Shown here: positions 28,392 to 37,853 of the stretch, piece after piece
Position numbering within the stretch: the stretch's first letter is position 1
How the letters are laid out: every line of letters begins with the position of its first letter
DNA from: Patescibacteria group bacterium
GTDB lineage: Bacteria; Patescibacteriota; Minisyncoccia; Phycocordibacterales; PALSA-1337
NCBI GenBank assembly: GCA_038065415.1
Contig: JBBTRA010000005.1
Location: 8,079 to 72,078 of the forward strand
Reading direction: 5' to 3'
Length of the DNA: 64,000 nucleotides
Program-made: the position numbers and the translations under genes
Notes under the pieces: model-generated
Told to the model about the DNA's origin: nothing
Database searches by the model: none
What the model saw: the letters and a program-made list of their open reading frames with translations, nothing else

Positions 28392-29699
28392 ATGTTGAAA
28401 CCGCACATTTTGATACTTGGCGCAGGCTTCGGTGGCACCTATGTCGCTAAACGCCTTGCCCCGTATGTCAAAAGCGGTAAGATCGAGGTCACGCTCGTCA
28501 ATCGCACGAACTATTTTCTCTTCACGCCACTCTTGCATGAAGTAGCCACAGGAGCACTTTCACCAACAAGTGTTGCTGAGCCGTTGCGTGAGATATTCCA
28601 CGGTACGGGAGTCCGTATTGCCCAGGGAACAGTAGAGTCCGTGGATCTTGTGGCGAAAAAGGTCAAACTCAATGGATCGACTTCTTGTACACTGTCGTAT
28701 GATCATGTGGTTATTGCGACCGGAGCCGAGACCAATTATTACGGCATATCAGGTGCGGACAAGTTCACTTATCCACTCAAGGATCTCGCCGATGCCGCCC
28801 GTATCCGCTCGCAGGTTATAGATGCATTTGAGCGAGCGCTCCTCATTTCCGATCCGGTTGAGCGAGCGCGACTGCTCTCGTTCGTCGTAGTTGGTGGGGG
28901 AGCTACGGGCGTAGAGACTGCGGCAGAGCTCGCAGAGTTCGTACATGGTATGGTCAAGCGGTATTATGGTGTTACCAAGAACTGTGCCCCAAATGACTCT
29001 CGTACCTGCAAACCAGAAGAGCCACTTGTCACTCTCATACATACCGGACCAGAAATCTTACAAATGTTCGCACCCTCACTTCGCGTCGCAGCAGAGAAAA
29101 GGCTGCGCCGGAGTGGTGTGGAGCTTAGTCTCAATGCGACTGTCACAGAAGTTACCAGCCAAGGCATCAAGCTTTCATCAGGAGCATCGATACCGTCGTC
29201 TACCGTTATTTGGGCAGCTGGGGTCAAGGCGATCATTCCACATTTTGAAGGTGCCATGCCGGTTGTGGCTGGAGGCCGACTTGTAGTTGACGAGTATTTC
29301 CGTCTTGGCGGCGATTCGTCTGTATTTGCGCTGGGGGATGTGGCAGGATATCTCGATCCGGTAGCTCGCGCCGCTGATCCGACCAAAGCCAAACCACTTC
29401 CTATGTTGGCGCAAGTAGCCTCACAAGAAGCTCGGATGGTCGCAGATAATCTCAGCGCAGTCATACGTCGTCGTACACTCAAGAGCTTCAGTTACCACTC
29501 CAAGGGTAGTATGGTCTCCGTAGGGCAGTGGTTCGCTGTAGGTGAGATCCTCTCACTCAAGATTGCTGGCCGACTGACCTGGTGGGTCTGGCGTACGATA
29601 TATCTTTTCAAGTTTGCTTCATGGAAGAAGCGTCTGCGCATTGCATTTGAATGGACGCTCGAGATATTCTATCCGCGCGATATTACCAAGCTTACATAA
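28392..29699 (+). CDS. ndh: Type II NADH dehydrogenase (NDH-2)
   Basis: GAGFGG, FTPLLHEVATG, VGGGATGVE.AAE, IWAAGV, GD, AQVA.Q, KGSM.SVG. Confidence 0.92.
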   Translation: MLKPHILILGAGFGGTYVAKRLAPYVKSGKIEVTLVNRTNYFLFTPLLHEVATGALSPTSVAEPLREIFHGTGVRIAQGTVESVDLVAKKVKLNGSTSCTLSYDHVVIATGAETNYYGISGADKFTYPLKDLADAARIRSQVIDAFERALLISDPVERARLLSFVVVGGGATGVETAAELAEFVHGMVKRYYGVTKNCAPNDSRTCKPEEPLVTLIHTGPEILQMFAPSLRVAAEKRLRRSGVELSLNATVTEVTSQGIKLSSGASIPSSTVIWAAGVKAIIPHFEGAMPVVAGGRLVVDEYFRLGGDSSVFALGDVAGYLDPVARAADPTKAKPLPMLAQVASQEARMVADNLSAVIRRRTLKSFSYHSKGSMVSVGQWFAVGEILSLKIAGRLTWWVWRTIYLFKFASWKKRLRIAFEWTLEIFYPRDITKLT

Positions 29700-29731
29700 A
29701 AAGCCCCGCAGAGATGCGGGGCGTGCTTTTT
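29698..29731. terminator. Intrinsic terminator between convergent genes
   Basis: GCCCCGCA/TGCGGGGC stem flanked by A and T runs. Confidence 0.7.
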
Positions 29732-29737
29732 CAAGGA

Positions 29738-30631
29738 TCAGAACCGAAATTCTGCCATGAAATTCCAGAATGGGCCCTGGGACGAGGATGCGACGCCGAC
29801 GGAGAAGAGACTCTCGCGCCAGAACGTCTCAAAACGGACTGAGGCCTGTGGTTTGTACTGAAGCTCGTTCTCGAACGGGTACGCGTACCCACCGACGACG
29901 AGTTGTGACCGTCGCGCCAAAGTAATGATGGCGCTTGCTTCGGTCTTGATCATACCGAAGCTATTGGGGCGGAGGTATCCATAACAACGCATCTCTGTAC
30001 GGATGAATTGTCGTCCCTGATGGTGACCGAGGTTACTGTTCAGGTAGACGTATGGGTTGTCCCGCCATGGCCGCCAACCGTATTCGCCGCTCCAGGGATC
30101 TTTGGAATCATTCCATTCGAAGTTCACGATATGTCGCAAACTGTTGTAGGAAGGGGTCGCAGATACTGTCTGCATGTCCTCTTCAGCGGTATTGCCGATC
30201 GATCCGCGAAAGAGGCCTCCGAAGAACTTGGTTACCCTGTGGCCGAGATTCCTACCCATGTCCTCGTACTCTCCGACCGGGAAGGTTTCTACAGCGGCTT
30301 CGCGTGCCGCGGCTCCCATGATCTTGTAGATGGTTTTACCTCCATAGGTGTTCATGTATTCATGAATACCATAACCCTGTGCGCTCTGTAGCTGCATCCA
30401 ACTCAGGGATGATGGTGAACCGAAGCGGTCATAGAAGATACGCGATCCGGCGGGGACGAGCTCTTCCCTCCATCGTGGCGTAAATCTGGTGCTACTGATG
30501 GTTTGGGTAATATGGAGCTCATTGGTATTCCGTGTGAGCGTCGGAGGCTCCCGATTGGTACTTTCCGAAGCATGGACCGTCTCAAGGAAGAGACAGCCCG
30601 CTATCCCGAAGGACCAGAATGCCTTGTTCAT
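29738..30631 (-). CDS. Hypothetical secreted protein with beta-strand-rich C-terminus
   Basis: Signal peptide MNKAFW...VHA; ends FWNFMAEFRF. Confidence 0.6.
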   Translation of the reverse strand: MNKAFWSFGIAGCLFLETVHASESTNREPPTLTRNTNELHITQTISSTRFTPRWREELVPAGSRIFYDRFGSPSSLSWMQLQSAQGYGIHEYMNTYGGKTIYKIMGAAAREAAVETFPVGEYEDMGRNLGHRVTKFFGGLFRGSIGNTAEEDMQTVSATPSYNSLRHIVNFEWNDSKDPWSGEYGWRPWRDNPYVYLNSNLGHHQGRQFIRTEMRCYGYLRPNSFGMIKTEASAIITLARRSQLVVGGYAYPFENELQYKPQASVRFETFWRESLFSVGVASSSQGPFWNFMAEFRF

Positions 30632-30756
30632 AGAGGGCCTTTCCGTTGAATTGTGGTTGTGTGTACTGTGAAGCTCTGGCAAGTATAGACCCAAAATGCC
30701 GGCGCGCAAGCGACGGGAAAATCAGGTAACAGTATCTATAATATGGCAAATAAGAG

Positions 30757-31263
30757 CTATTTTCTGCGACCACTGAGGATGTTGATCCCTTCGGCGGTTA
30801 TCGTAGCAGTTGCCGCATCGAGAGTTCCTGTGACGAGGACTCGTGCACCAGGGGCAAGGTCAGTGACTGAGTCGAGTTTCCCGTCGCGCATGTATACTGT
30901 AGAAGCTGAAGTCGCAACGACATAGGTGCTCTGAGCAGTGCTCGAAGCGTGTCTGCCGTACGCCCCACGACGCATCATGAAGCCGTCGGCATTCAAAGAA
31001 ACGACTTCGCCCACATGTTTGAGTGACATGACGCCTTGTTTGAGTCGTACGGCGTCACCACGCTCTTTTTTCTTCCTAAATTCAGGAGTGGATGAAGCTG
31101 GCCGTTCTCGGGTGGGGCGGCTTATGGATATATTTGTATTGTCTTTGACTCGTGTACCCCAAGTGACGGGGGTAGTGCTGGCTGCGAAGGTGGTGCTACT
31201 CCATGCGAGTGAGCCCATGACTGCTAGATTGGCGATAATGCGTGTGCGTTTGTATTTTTTCAT
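30757..31263 (-). CDS. Secreted OB-fold (DUF5666-like) protein
   Basis: Signal peptide (TFA); GEVVS, T.Y, DLAPGARVLVTG...ITA..I. Confidence 0.65.
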   Translation of the reverse strand: MKKYKRTRIIANLAVMGSLAWSSTTFAASTTPVTWGTRVKDNTNISISRPTRERPASSTPEFRKKKERGDAVRLKQGVMSLKHVGEVVSLNADGFMMRRGAYGRHASSTAQSTYVVATSASTVYMRDGKLDSVTDLAPGARVLVTGTLDAATATITAEGINILSGRRK

Positions 31264-31465
31264 GGAATGCGTTGAAAGGTATTAGGCCCATAAATGAAGC
31301 TCTTTCGTATGCTCGCGGGTTAGGCTCATAATCTTCGACCGTTCGTATATGCATACGATTCGCTCGCGAATTTTGGTGCACGTGGTTTGAATTTTTGCAG
31401 GGTCGCTTACGAGAAATCGGGCCGCTCCAGAGAAGGAGCGGCCCGATAGGGACTGAGACACAGAC

Positions 31466-31798
31466 TTACGCGGTGAGGCCTGCTTGTGCAGCGCGCCGGC
31501 GTTCGTAGAGTGCAAGGAGCTTCGGAGGCGCTTTCATGGTGGATCCAACGCGAGGGCCGATTGTGTTCATGCTGACTGCCAAGTTATCTCCGATCTGCCG
31601 TTCGGCGAGCTCGAGGATGCGTTGTTCAGACATCTCCACGGGAGGTTTCATCGTTGTTCTTCGCCAACCTGCGCTTGGGACACTCTCTTGGACCAGCCAT
31701 ATCTTGCCTGGCTTATCGATGAGGCGCCCTTTGACGCAGAAGCAGACATTGCCATCTTTGAACCGCAAGTCTTTCTTGACCAGTAACGTTGTACTCAT
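31466..31798 (-). CDS. Hypothetical protein
   Basis: ORF with upstream TTGACC-type promoter and downstream GC hairpin near 31418-31447; start uncertain (31798 or 31852). Confidence 0.5.
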   Translation of the reverse strand: MSTTLLVKKDLRFKDGNVCFCVKGRLIDKPGKIWLVQESVPSAGWRRTTMKPPVEMSEQRILELAERQIGDNLAVSMNTIGPRVGSTMKAPPKLLALYERRRAAQAGLTA

Positions 31799-31925
31799 AG
31801 TATCGTGTATACCGAATCGTCTTTTGTATGTGAATGCGAGTTTTGCGAACATGCTAACCCGGGCGTACTATAATATAAAAATGGGTGCAGGTCAATGCAT
31901 ACTTCAGACATGCTACAATCTGTGC

Positions 31926-32315
31926 ATGGTATCTGATGAATTCTCATCGCTGGTGGCACATATCAGATGGTCTCCTGTGCCCGAGCGCTTTCGTAGTCTT
32001 ATCTCTAATGTAGCATTGTTGATTGAAGATGAGCCCACACTCGAGACGCGCCAATCCTTGGATCTTTCTGAGGGAGAAACATTGCTCGGTTTGTATCATG
32101 GTATACCTCGTACTGCGCGTGGAGAGAGTTATGGTGTTGGTATGGTTCTACCTGATACGATCACGCTCTATCGTTTACCCATTCTCGCGGCAGCTGCGGA
32201 AGATGGTATATCTGTGCGTCAGGTGGTCGAGGATACGATCTGGCATGAAGTCGCCCATCACTTCGGATTGGATGAGAACGAAGTAGGGAGGCGAGAGGCT
32301 GAGCGAAATGCATAG
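31926..32315 (+). CDS. Zincin_1-like metallopeptidase family protein
   Basis: LLGLYHGIP, LPD.I.LYR.PI, HEVAHHFG; start at 31926 supported by TACAAT 6 nt upstream. Confidence 0.88.
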   Translation: MVSDEFSSLVAHIRWSPVPERFRSLISNVALLIEDEPTLETRQSLDLSEGETLLGLYHGIPRTARGESYGVGMVLPDTITLYRLPILAAAAEDGISVRQVVEDTIWHEVAHHFGLDENEVGRREAERNA

Positions 32316-32453
32316 AGTTGGCCGGACACCTCAATTGAGATGTCCGGCCGGTATGGGCCCCCGCAAGGGCCACTGTTCTCGTCGTACCCGTCCTGCTTGG
32401 CGTTACCGCATGCAAGCGCGGTTCAACGAGCACTCTAGCATGCACACGCTCAG
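32299..32453 (-). ncRNA. Candidate structured RNA (family unknown; 6S-like possible)
   Basis: Long closing stem plus three internal hairpins; two C-A mismatches on + become U-G pairs on -. Confidence 0.5.
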
Positions 32454-32514
32454 GTAGCAAGGTTTTCGCGGGTTCGCTTCCTAATATCTCAAAAATGTTG
32501 TAATGTAGACATTC

Positions 32515-34077
32515 ATGGCAAAAAAGTCAGTACAATCAGTTTCTCCGACCAAAGCCTTCTCCGGTGACACCATCGTGCGTTTTGAGGATGTGTCGTTCGA
32601 GTACAGCCCCAACAAACCCATTCTCGAGGAAGTTTCTTTCAATGTGCGCCGCGGAACCAAGGTTACCATCATGGGACAGAATGGTGCAGGCAAAAGTACA
32701 CTCTTCGGTCTCATTCTCGGAGCTGAGCATGATGGCAACACCACAGAAGGTCATACTCCGGAATCCGGTGAGATCCATATTGCAAAAGGCTCTACGGTCG
32801 CCACTGCTCGCCAAGTTATTCCTCGCGGACAGCTCGAGCTCACCGTGCGTGAATTCTTTGCATCATGTTTCGCTGAGAAGAAATACGACCTCGATCCGAA
32901 AATTGATGAGATCCTCGAGGTAGTCAATCTGAATGTGCCTACACCTGGTAAGGCAGGGGTGACTGATGTGAAGGATCGTCTGGTGAAAACATTTTCCGGA
33001 GGACAGCAGGCGCGTCTCTTGCTCGCTTCGGCGCTCATACAAGATCCCGACATCCTGCTTCTCGATGAGCCGACCAACAATCTGGACAAGGCGGGTATCG
33101 AGCATCTTACTGACTTCCTCATCAACTACCAGAAGACCTGTCTCGTGATTTCCCACGATGCGGATTTCTTGAATGCATTCACGCACGGGGTCCTCTATCT
33201 CGATGTGCATACGCACAAGGTTGAGCAGTATGTAGGTGACTACTTTGATGTGGTGGAGCAGATCAGTGCACGCATCGACAAAGAGAATATGAAGAACGCT
33301 CAGCTCGAAAAGCAGATCCAAGCCAACAAAGATCAGGCCAATATGTTCGCGATGAAAGGTGGTCAGATGCGTCTTGTGGCAAAGCGTATGCGTGAGCGTG
33401 CCGAAGAGATGGAGGAAGAGATCGTTGATGTGCGCAAGGAAGACAAGACCATCAAGCCGTTCACCATCCCTTCACAGCCAGATCTCACGGGTGAAGTGAT
33501 CAAGATTGAGTCATATACCATAATGGATCCGGAGAAACATAAGATCGTGAAGAGGACCTGTTCGATCGCGCTTCGCAAGAGGAATCACCTCATCCTTTCT
33601 GGCCCCAACGGCATTGGTAAATCGACTCTTCTCGAAAAGATCGTGAATGGTGCTGAGGGTGTGACCATCTCGCCAGGTGTCCGCGTCGGATATTACCGCC
33701 AGGACTTTTCGATGATGGATTTCAATGATACCGTGTATCAGTCGCTCGAGAAGATCATCCGCGCCAGCCAAGGCCATCTTGTTGAGACTGAGCTGCGAGC
33801 CACGGCCGCAAGTTTTCTTATAGGTGCTGATGCTATACATACCAAGATCGGCTCGCTCTCAGAAGGGCAGAAAGGTCTAGTTGCCTTTGCTCGCCTCGTT
33901 CTTCAGAAGCCTGGTCTCCTCATTCTCGATGAGCCAACCAACCATATCAATTTCCGTCATTTGCCTGTGATCGCTAAGGCACTCGATAGTTACGAAGGAG
34001 CCATGATACTCGTCTCGCATGTCCCGGAATTCGTGAAGCAGATCAGGATCGACGAGGTGCTCGAGCTCGGTAAGTAG
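32515..34077 (+). CDS. ABC-F family ATPase
   Basis: Two ABC domains (GQNGAGKS/FSGGQ/LDEPTNNLD and GPNGIGKS/LSEGQ/LDEPTNH), no TM, helical linker. Confidence 0.93.
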   Translation: MAKKSVQSVSPTKAFSGDTIVRFEDVSFEYSPNKPILEEVSFNVRRGTKVTIMGQNGAGKSTLFGLILGAEHDGNTTEGHTPESGEIHIAKGSTVATARQVIPRGQLELTVREFFASCFAEKKYDLDPKIDEILEVVNLNVPTPGKAGVTDVKDRLVKTFSGGQQARLLLASALIQDPDILLLDEPTNNLDKAGIEHLTDFLINYQKTCLVISHDADFLNAFTHGVLYLDVHTHKVEQYVGDYFDVVEQISARIDKENMKNAQLEKQIQANKDQANMFAMKGGQMRLVAKRMRERAEEMEEEIVDVRKEDKTIKPFTIPSQPDLTGEVIKIESYTIMDPEKHKIVKRTCSIALRKRNHLILSGPNGIGKSTLLEKIVNGAEGVTISPGVRVGYYRQDFSMMDFNDTVYQSLEKIIRASQGHLVETELRATAASFLIGADAIHTKIGSLSEGQKGLVAFARLVLQKPGLLILDEPTNHINFRHLPVIAKALDSYEGAMILVSHVPEFVKQIRIDEVLELGK

Positions 34078-34167
34078 CTCAGTTGACTTATTAACCCATT
34101 TGTGGTTATCTGAAATCAGATACACACTGAACGCCGTTTATCGGCAACACAACACAAAGGGAGACAG

Positions 34168-34782
34168 ATGCTTGATAAGATACTAAAATTCCTGAAAGCG
34201 GCTGAGAACCGCGAAACATTCTTCCGGCGGATCGCCGTGTACTATCCCAAATCAGACATGCGCTATCGCGAGATCGAACGCGCATACAACCTGGTCAAAG
34301 ATGAGTTCCGCGGCAAGACTCGCGAAGGGGGAGGAAGATACTTCGAGCACATCCGTGCCGCAGCACTCATCCTCATCGAGTACCTTCGGGTGAAGGATTA
34401 CCGGTTGATCATCGCTATCCTGCTCCATGACCTCGTCGAGGATATCCCCGCGTGGACGATCGAGCGAGTTCGGCAGGAGTTTGGCGACTACATCGCCATG
34501 CTGGTCGACTACATGACCAAGCCGAGCAAGAAGGAATATCCTGACAAGAGGGAACGTGAACGCGTCTACCATACCCGTTTCCGCTTCGCTCCGCGCGAGT
34601 TCTTCATGCTCAAGCTTCCAGATCGTCTCCATAATGTGATCACATTGCCCGGATGCGCCAAGGAGAAGCGTCTGCGCAAAATCGCCGAGACACGTGAGCA
34701 CTATCTGCCGTACGCGGAGGAGCAGATGATCCTGCTTCATGAGCTCGAGGAGGCTCTGGAGATTGCCGAGAAGGCGGCCTGA
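34168..34782 (+). CDS. Stand-alone RelA/SpoT-type HD hydrolase (small alarmone hydrolase-like)
   Basis: R..G..Y.EH, LLHDLVED, KL.DRLHN, ETREHY. Confidence 0.85.
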   Translation: MLDKILKFLKAAENRETFFRRIAVYYPKSDMRYREIERAYNLVKDEFRGKTREGGGRYFEHIRAAALILIEYLRVKDYRLIIAILLHDLVEDIPAWTIERVRQEFGDYIAMLVDYMTKPSKKEYPDKRERERVYHTRFRFAPREFFMLKLPDRLHNVITLPGCAKEKRLRKIAETREHYLPYAEEQMILLHELEEALEIAEKAA

Positions 34783-34812
34783 GCCGCTCGAGGTTCTGCT
34801 AAGCACTAACAC

Positions 34813-34835
34813 AGCCGACATTTCGTCGGCTTTTT
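34813..34835 (+). terminator. Intrinsic terminator
   Basis: AGCCGAC/GTCGGCT stem followed by a T run. Confidence 0.7.
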
Positions 34836-34862
34836 ATATACCCGTCGGTAGCTGGGAGAGTT

Positions 34863-34892
34863 TTGACAAATATAAAAAAATATGTTTATATA
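34863..34892 (+). promoter_or_regulatory. Sigma70 promoter
   Basis: TTGACA followed after 17-18 bp by TGTTTATATA. Confidence 0.6.
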
Positions 34893-34912
34893 CCTCCAGA
34901 TTCTTTCACAAT

Positions 34913-36154
34913 ATGAACACACACAATCGATTGGAACCACACGCTATGAATATGACCAACCAGCATGCTAGTCATGCATTCCGTATTATTGGGCAAGTCT
35001 CTGAGGCATATGCCGAATCAGACATGTCCGATGTCCTCCTCCTATCCTGTCAGCATCTCCTGGCTCCGCAACTTGCGATGTTCAGCTCCTTCTTTGGGGC
35101 CGGACTCAAGCCGGAGAACTGCTTGATTGCAGGCAAGAACTACTCGACCAATGCAGATGTCGTCGCAGAATTGCGCCGAGCGCGCTGCGTCGTAGCTCCG
35201 TTCAGCGATCAGTTCGATCCACTCATAAGCTTCGACAAATGGTTCACGCCTCGGCTCGCCGCATGGGTCAAGGAGATCTTGATCGAGCGCAACCTCGGTC
35301 TGATCCGCAGGATCATCGTGCTTGATGACGGTGGTCATATGCATGAGGCGGTGAACTCATTCTTGGGACATGATCCTCGTATCGCTGGCGTGGAGCAGAC
35401 CTCATCCGGCAAAGCGCGCATCGAGCGACTCAAGATACGCTTCAACCGCCACATGGTGGCCACGAGTGTCTACAAGCAACGCGACGAGGCATACTTCATC
35501 GGCGCCTTGGGTGCAGACCGAATCATGAGTCAGATCGCTCGTCGAGGAGCTCCGTCTTCTCGTATCTTGGTCCTTGGCCTCGGCACAATCGGTCGGAACA
35601 CGGCGCTCCGCCTGTATCTCAATCATGGGATGGAGGTCAGGGTCGCCGATCCTGGATATCGTGATCCGAGTCGGAAGCTCTGGACAGAGCGCGCAAATCA
35701 GATGTTCGAAGCCAGAGGGGTATTCTTGGAATACGGCGAAGCAATGACTAGTCTCGAGGACTATGATGTCATCATTGGCGCGAGCGGTTCGCAAGTTCTG
35801 AGTGCTCGTCAAGTCCATGAACGGCTGCATCCCCGAGCCTTGCTCATCAGCATGTCGTCGGGGGATGGGGAATTCCCAGCAACAGAGTTCCGGAAGCGCT
35901 ATCACACGGTCCACAGCGACTGCGTCATGGAGCATCGGTGCTTGGCAAATGCAGGATTCCCGATCACATTCCGTGGAGCGATGCATGAGATTCATCCGCT
36001 GCAGATCGAGCTGACTATGGCACTTCTCCAGGCATCCGTTATGGATCTGTCCACACATGAAGACGGTCGTAGCCCTGGTCTCGGCTATGTGGTTTCTCAG
36101 GCTCATGCGAGCTGGCGTCGCGAGCTCGCCGAAGAAGGCTTCGTGAGTGTCTAG
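34913..36154 (+). CDS. Divergent S-adenosylhomocysteine hydrolase-like NAD-binding protein
   Basis: CQHL, YST, LDDGGH, GVEQTSSG, GLGTIG (Rossmann), NAGFPI.F. Confidence 0.65.
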   Translation: MNTHNRLEPHAMNMTNQHASHAFRIIGQVSEAYAESDMSDVLLLSCQHLLAPQLAMFSSFFGAGLKPENCLIAGKNYSTNADVVAELRRARCVVAPFSDQFDPLISFDKWFTPRLAAWVKEILIERNLGLIRRIIVLDDGGHMHEAVNSFLGHDPRIAGVEQTSSGKARIERLKIRFNRHMVATSVYKQRDEAYFIGALGADRIMSQIARRGAPSSRILVLGLGTIGRNTALRLYLNHGMEVRVADPGYRDPSRKLWTERANQMFEARGVFLEYGEAMTSLEDYDVIIGASGSQVLSARQVHERLHPRALLISMSSGDGEFPATEFRKRYHTVHSDCVMEHRCLANAGFPITFRGAMHEIHPLQIELTMALLQASVMDLSTHEDGRSPGLGYVVSQAHASWRRELAEEGFVSV

Positions 36155-36301
36155 ACTGTGTGACAGCTCCTTTGCGTAATCCCTGCATCCGTGTGGGGAT
36201 TTTTTATATTCAAGAAGGCGGTAGTAGGAGGAAATGTTTGACAAAAATACAAAATAATGTTTAGATAGCTATCTATATCATTATCAATCTATTCAACACA
36301 C

Positions 36302-36754
36302 ATGGCAGGATTCAAAAACACAGGCGGTAAGAGGGGTTTCAAGGGCGCTCCCCGAGGAAGTTTTGGAGGTGGCTTTGGCGGTGGCAAGAAATTCGGAGGC
36401 CCAAAGAAGTTCGGCTCCAAGCCATTTAAGAAATTCGATCGTGATGATCGCGAACAAGTGATGCATGCTGCTGTCTGTAGTACATGCAAGAAGCCGTGTC
36501 AGGTCCCATTTCCGCCATCTGCCGACAAGCCAGTCTATTGCCGTGATTGTTTTGCTGGCCGCGCTGCTCTCGGTGGTGATCGTTCGTTCCACAAGGAGCG
36601 TAAGTTTCCGCTTGCAGCTGGACGTACTCCTCAGCCAGCACCAAAGTATGAGAGTGGGGAGGGTCACAGTCTCAAGAAGCAGGTAGATGCTATGAATATC
36701 AAGCTCGATAGACTGATAGAGGTTGTCGAAGCTTTCCTTTCTAGAAACCAGTAA
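36302..36754 (+). CDS. CxxC-x17-CxxC zinc-ribbon protein
   Basis: MHAAVCSTCKKPCQVPFPP..KPVYCRDCF; G/F/K-rich N-terminus; coiled-coil tail. Confidence 0.88.
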   Translation: MAGFKNTGGKRGFKGAPRGSFGGGFGGGKKFGGPKKFGSKPFKKFDRDDREQVMHAAVCSTCKKPCQVPFPPSADKPVYCRDCFAGRAALGGDRSFHKERKFPLAAGRTPQPAPKYESGEGHSLKKQVDAMNIKLDRLIEVVEAFLSRNQ

Positions 36755-36845
36755 TACTTTCACTGGATTTCAGATAATAAAAAACGGCTCGCATACGCGG
36801 GCCGTTGTGGTTTGTTTTCTGATTTCTGGAGCATGAAGCGATGCT

Positions 36846-37853
36846 TTAGCGGTGAAGCAGCGCTTCCAAGAGACTGGATCCGCCGGGCATGCCACGGATG
36901 ATGGTGGCGCCCCCGAAGAGTTCCTCGAGAGGATTTTCTTCTGGTTCGGGCTCGCCCAGAGCGATCTTCCAGCCGTCGCGAAGAGCGATTGATTGCGGGT
37001 CCTTGTCTCCCAGGCATGTGTCACGAACTGCACGCCAGGCCAGTTTTTGGAGCACTTCGGTGGCCTTTCTCAACTCGTTCAAGATGACCGTGATGGCTTC
37101 CGCATCGTTTTCCGACTGTTTGCGCAGCCAGCTGATCATTTTTGCGGGGTCCAGATTTTCCAGGCGGTCATTTTCCGGCCACGGCATGTCCGTCGGTAAG
37201 ACCTTGCGGGCCGACATACGGAGTTCTTGTGACAAGGTGAAGAGCGCTTGAATGCGAGGATCTGTGACCTCACCGATGACTTCTTCGGTATCGCCGACCT
37301 CGGGCAGGCCTTCAATGGAGCTGCTCGGCGGAGGTTCCTGGAAGATGCTCGCGATGCGAGACATGAGATTCCGCGAGAGAGCGTCGTTGCCCAACTTGAT
37401 AGTGCTCGGGTTTGGCTCGGTAGGTTCTTGGGACCGTCGTGGCGCAAGAGCCACGAATGTCCATCCATCGCGGAGGCCAGTGCCCTTGATGCGAGGATCG
37501 AACGATGCGGGGTGTTCTTCCTTCATCGCCTGCCAGCGCAAGTCGTCGATGATTTGGATACGTTCCTGCAGCGTGCCCGCGCGTTTGCTGAACTTCTCAC
37601 AGGTATGTTCGCCGGTGGGACCCAGTACGCAATTGTGGAACTTCTCGTGCTCAGCGATCATCTCGGCGAGTGCGGACCGGAGAGTGCCGAATGCCGTCCA
37701 GAGGCCACGGCCGATAGGGGACGTGATGAGGCCGTATGCGTTCTCGCCCGGCATGATCTTCATCGTGGATCCTTCGCCATCAGGCAAGGCCCGATTCTTC
37801 AGGATCGCCTCAACGAGCGTCAGGATGTTATCCGTCGGTATGGTTTGGTTCAT
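36846..37853 (-). CDS. Hypothetical protein with internal two-fold domain repeat
   Basis: Both halves end in LRDGW; own promoter and terminator. Confidence 0.7.
   Translation of the reverse strand: MNQTIPTDNILTLVEAILKNRALPDGEGSTMKIMPGENAYGLITSPIGRGLWTAFGTLRSALAEMIAEHEKFHNCVLGPTGEHTCEKFSKRAGTLQERIQIIDDLRWQAMKEEHPASFDPRIKGTGLRDGWTFVALAPRRSQEPTEPNPSTIKLGNDALSRNLMSRIASIFQEPPPSSSIEGLPEVGDTEEVIGEVTDPRIQALFTLSQELRMSARKVLPTDMPWPENDRLENLDPAKMISWLRKQSENDAEAITVILNELRKATEVLQKLAWRAVRDTCLGDKDPQSIALRDGWKIALGEPEPEENPLEELFGGATIIRGMPGGSSLLEALLHR

Noticed and set aside
31270-31400. Possible c-di-GMP-type leader upstream of the DUF5666-like gene
   Set aside because: Only scattered short matches; the GNRA stem and receptor arrangement is missing.
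32378-32430. SRP RNA interpretation of the structured element
   Set aside because: The GNRA-capped stem lacks the CAGG/AGCA symmetric loop at the required spacing.
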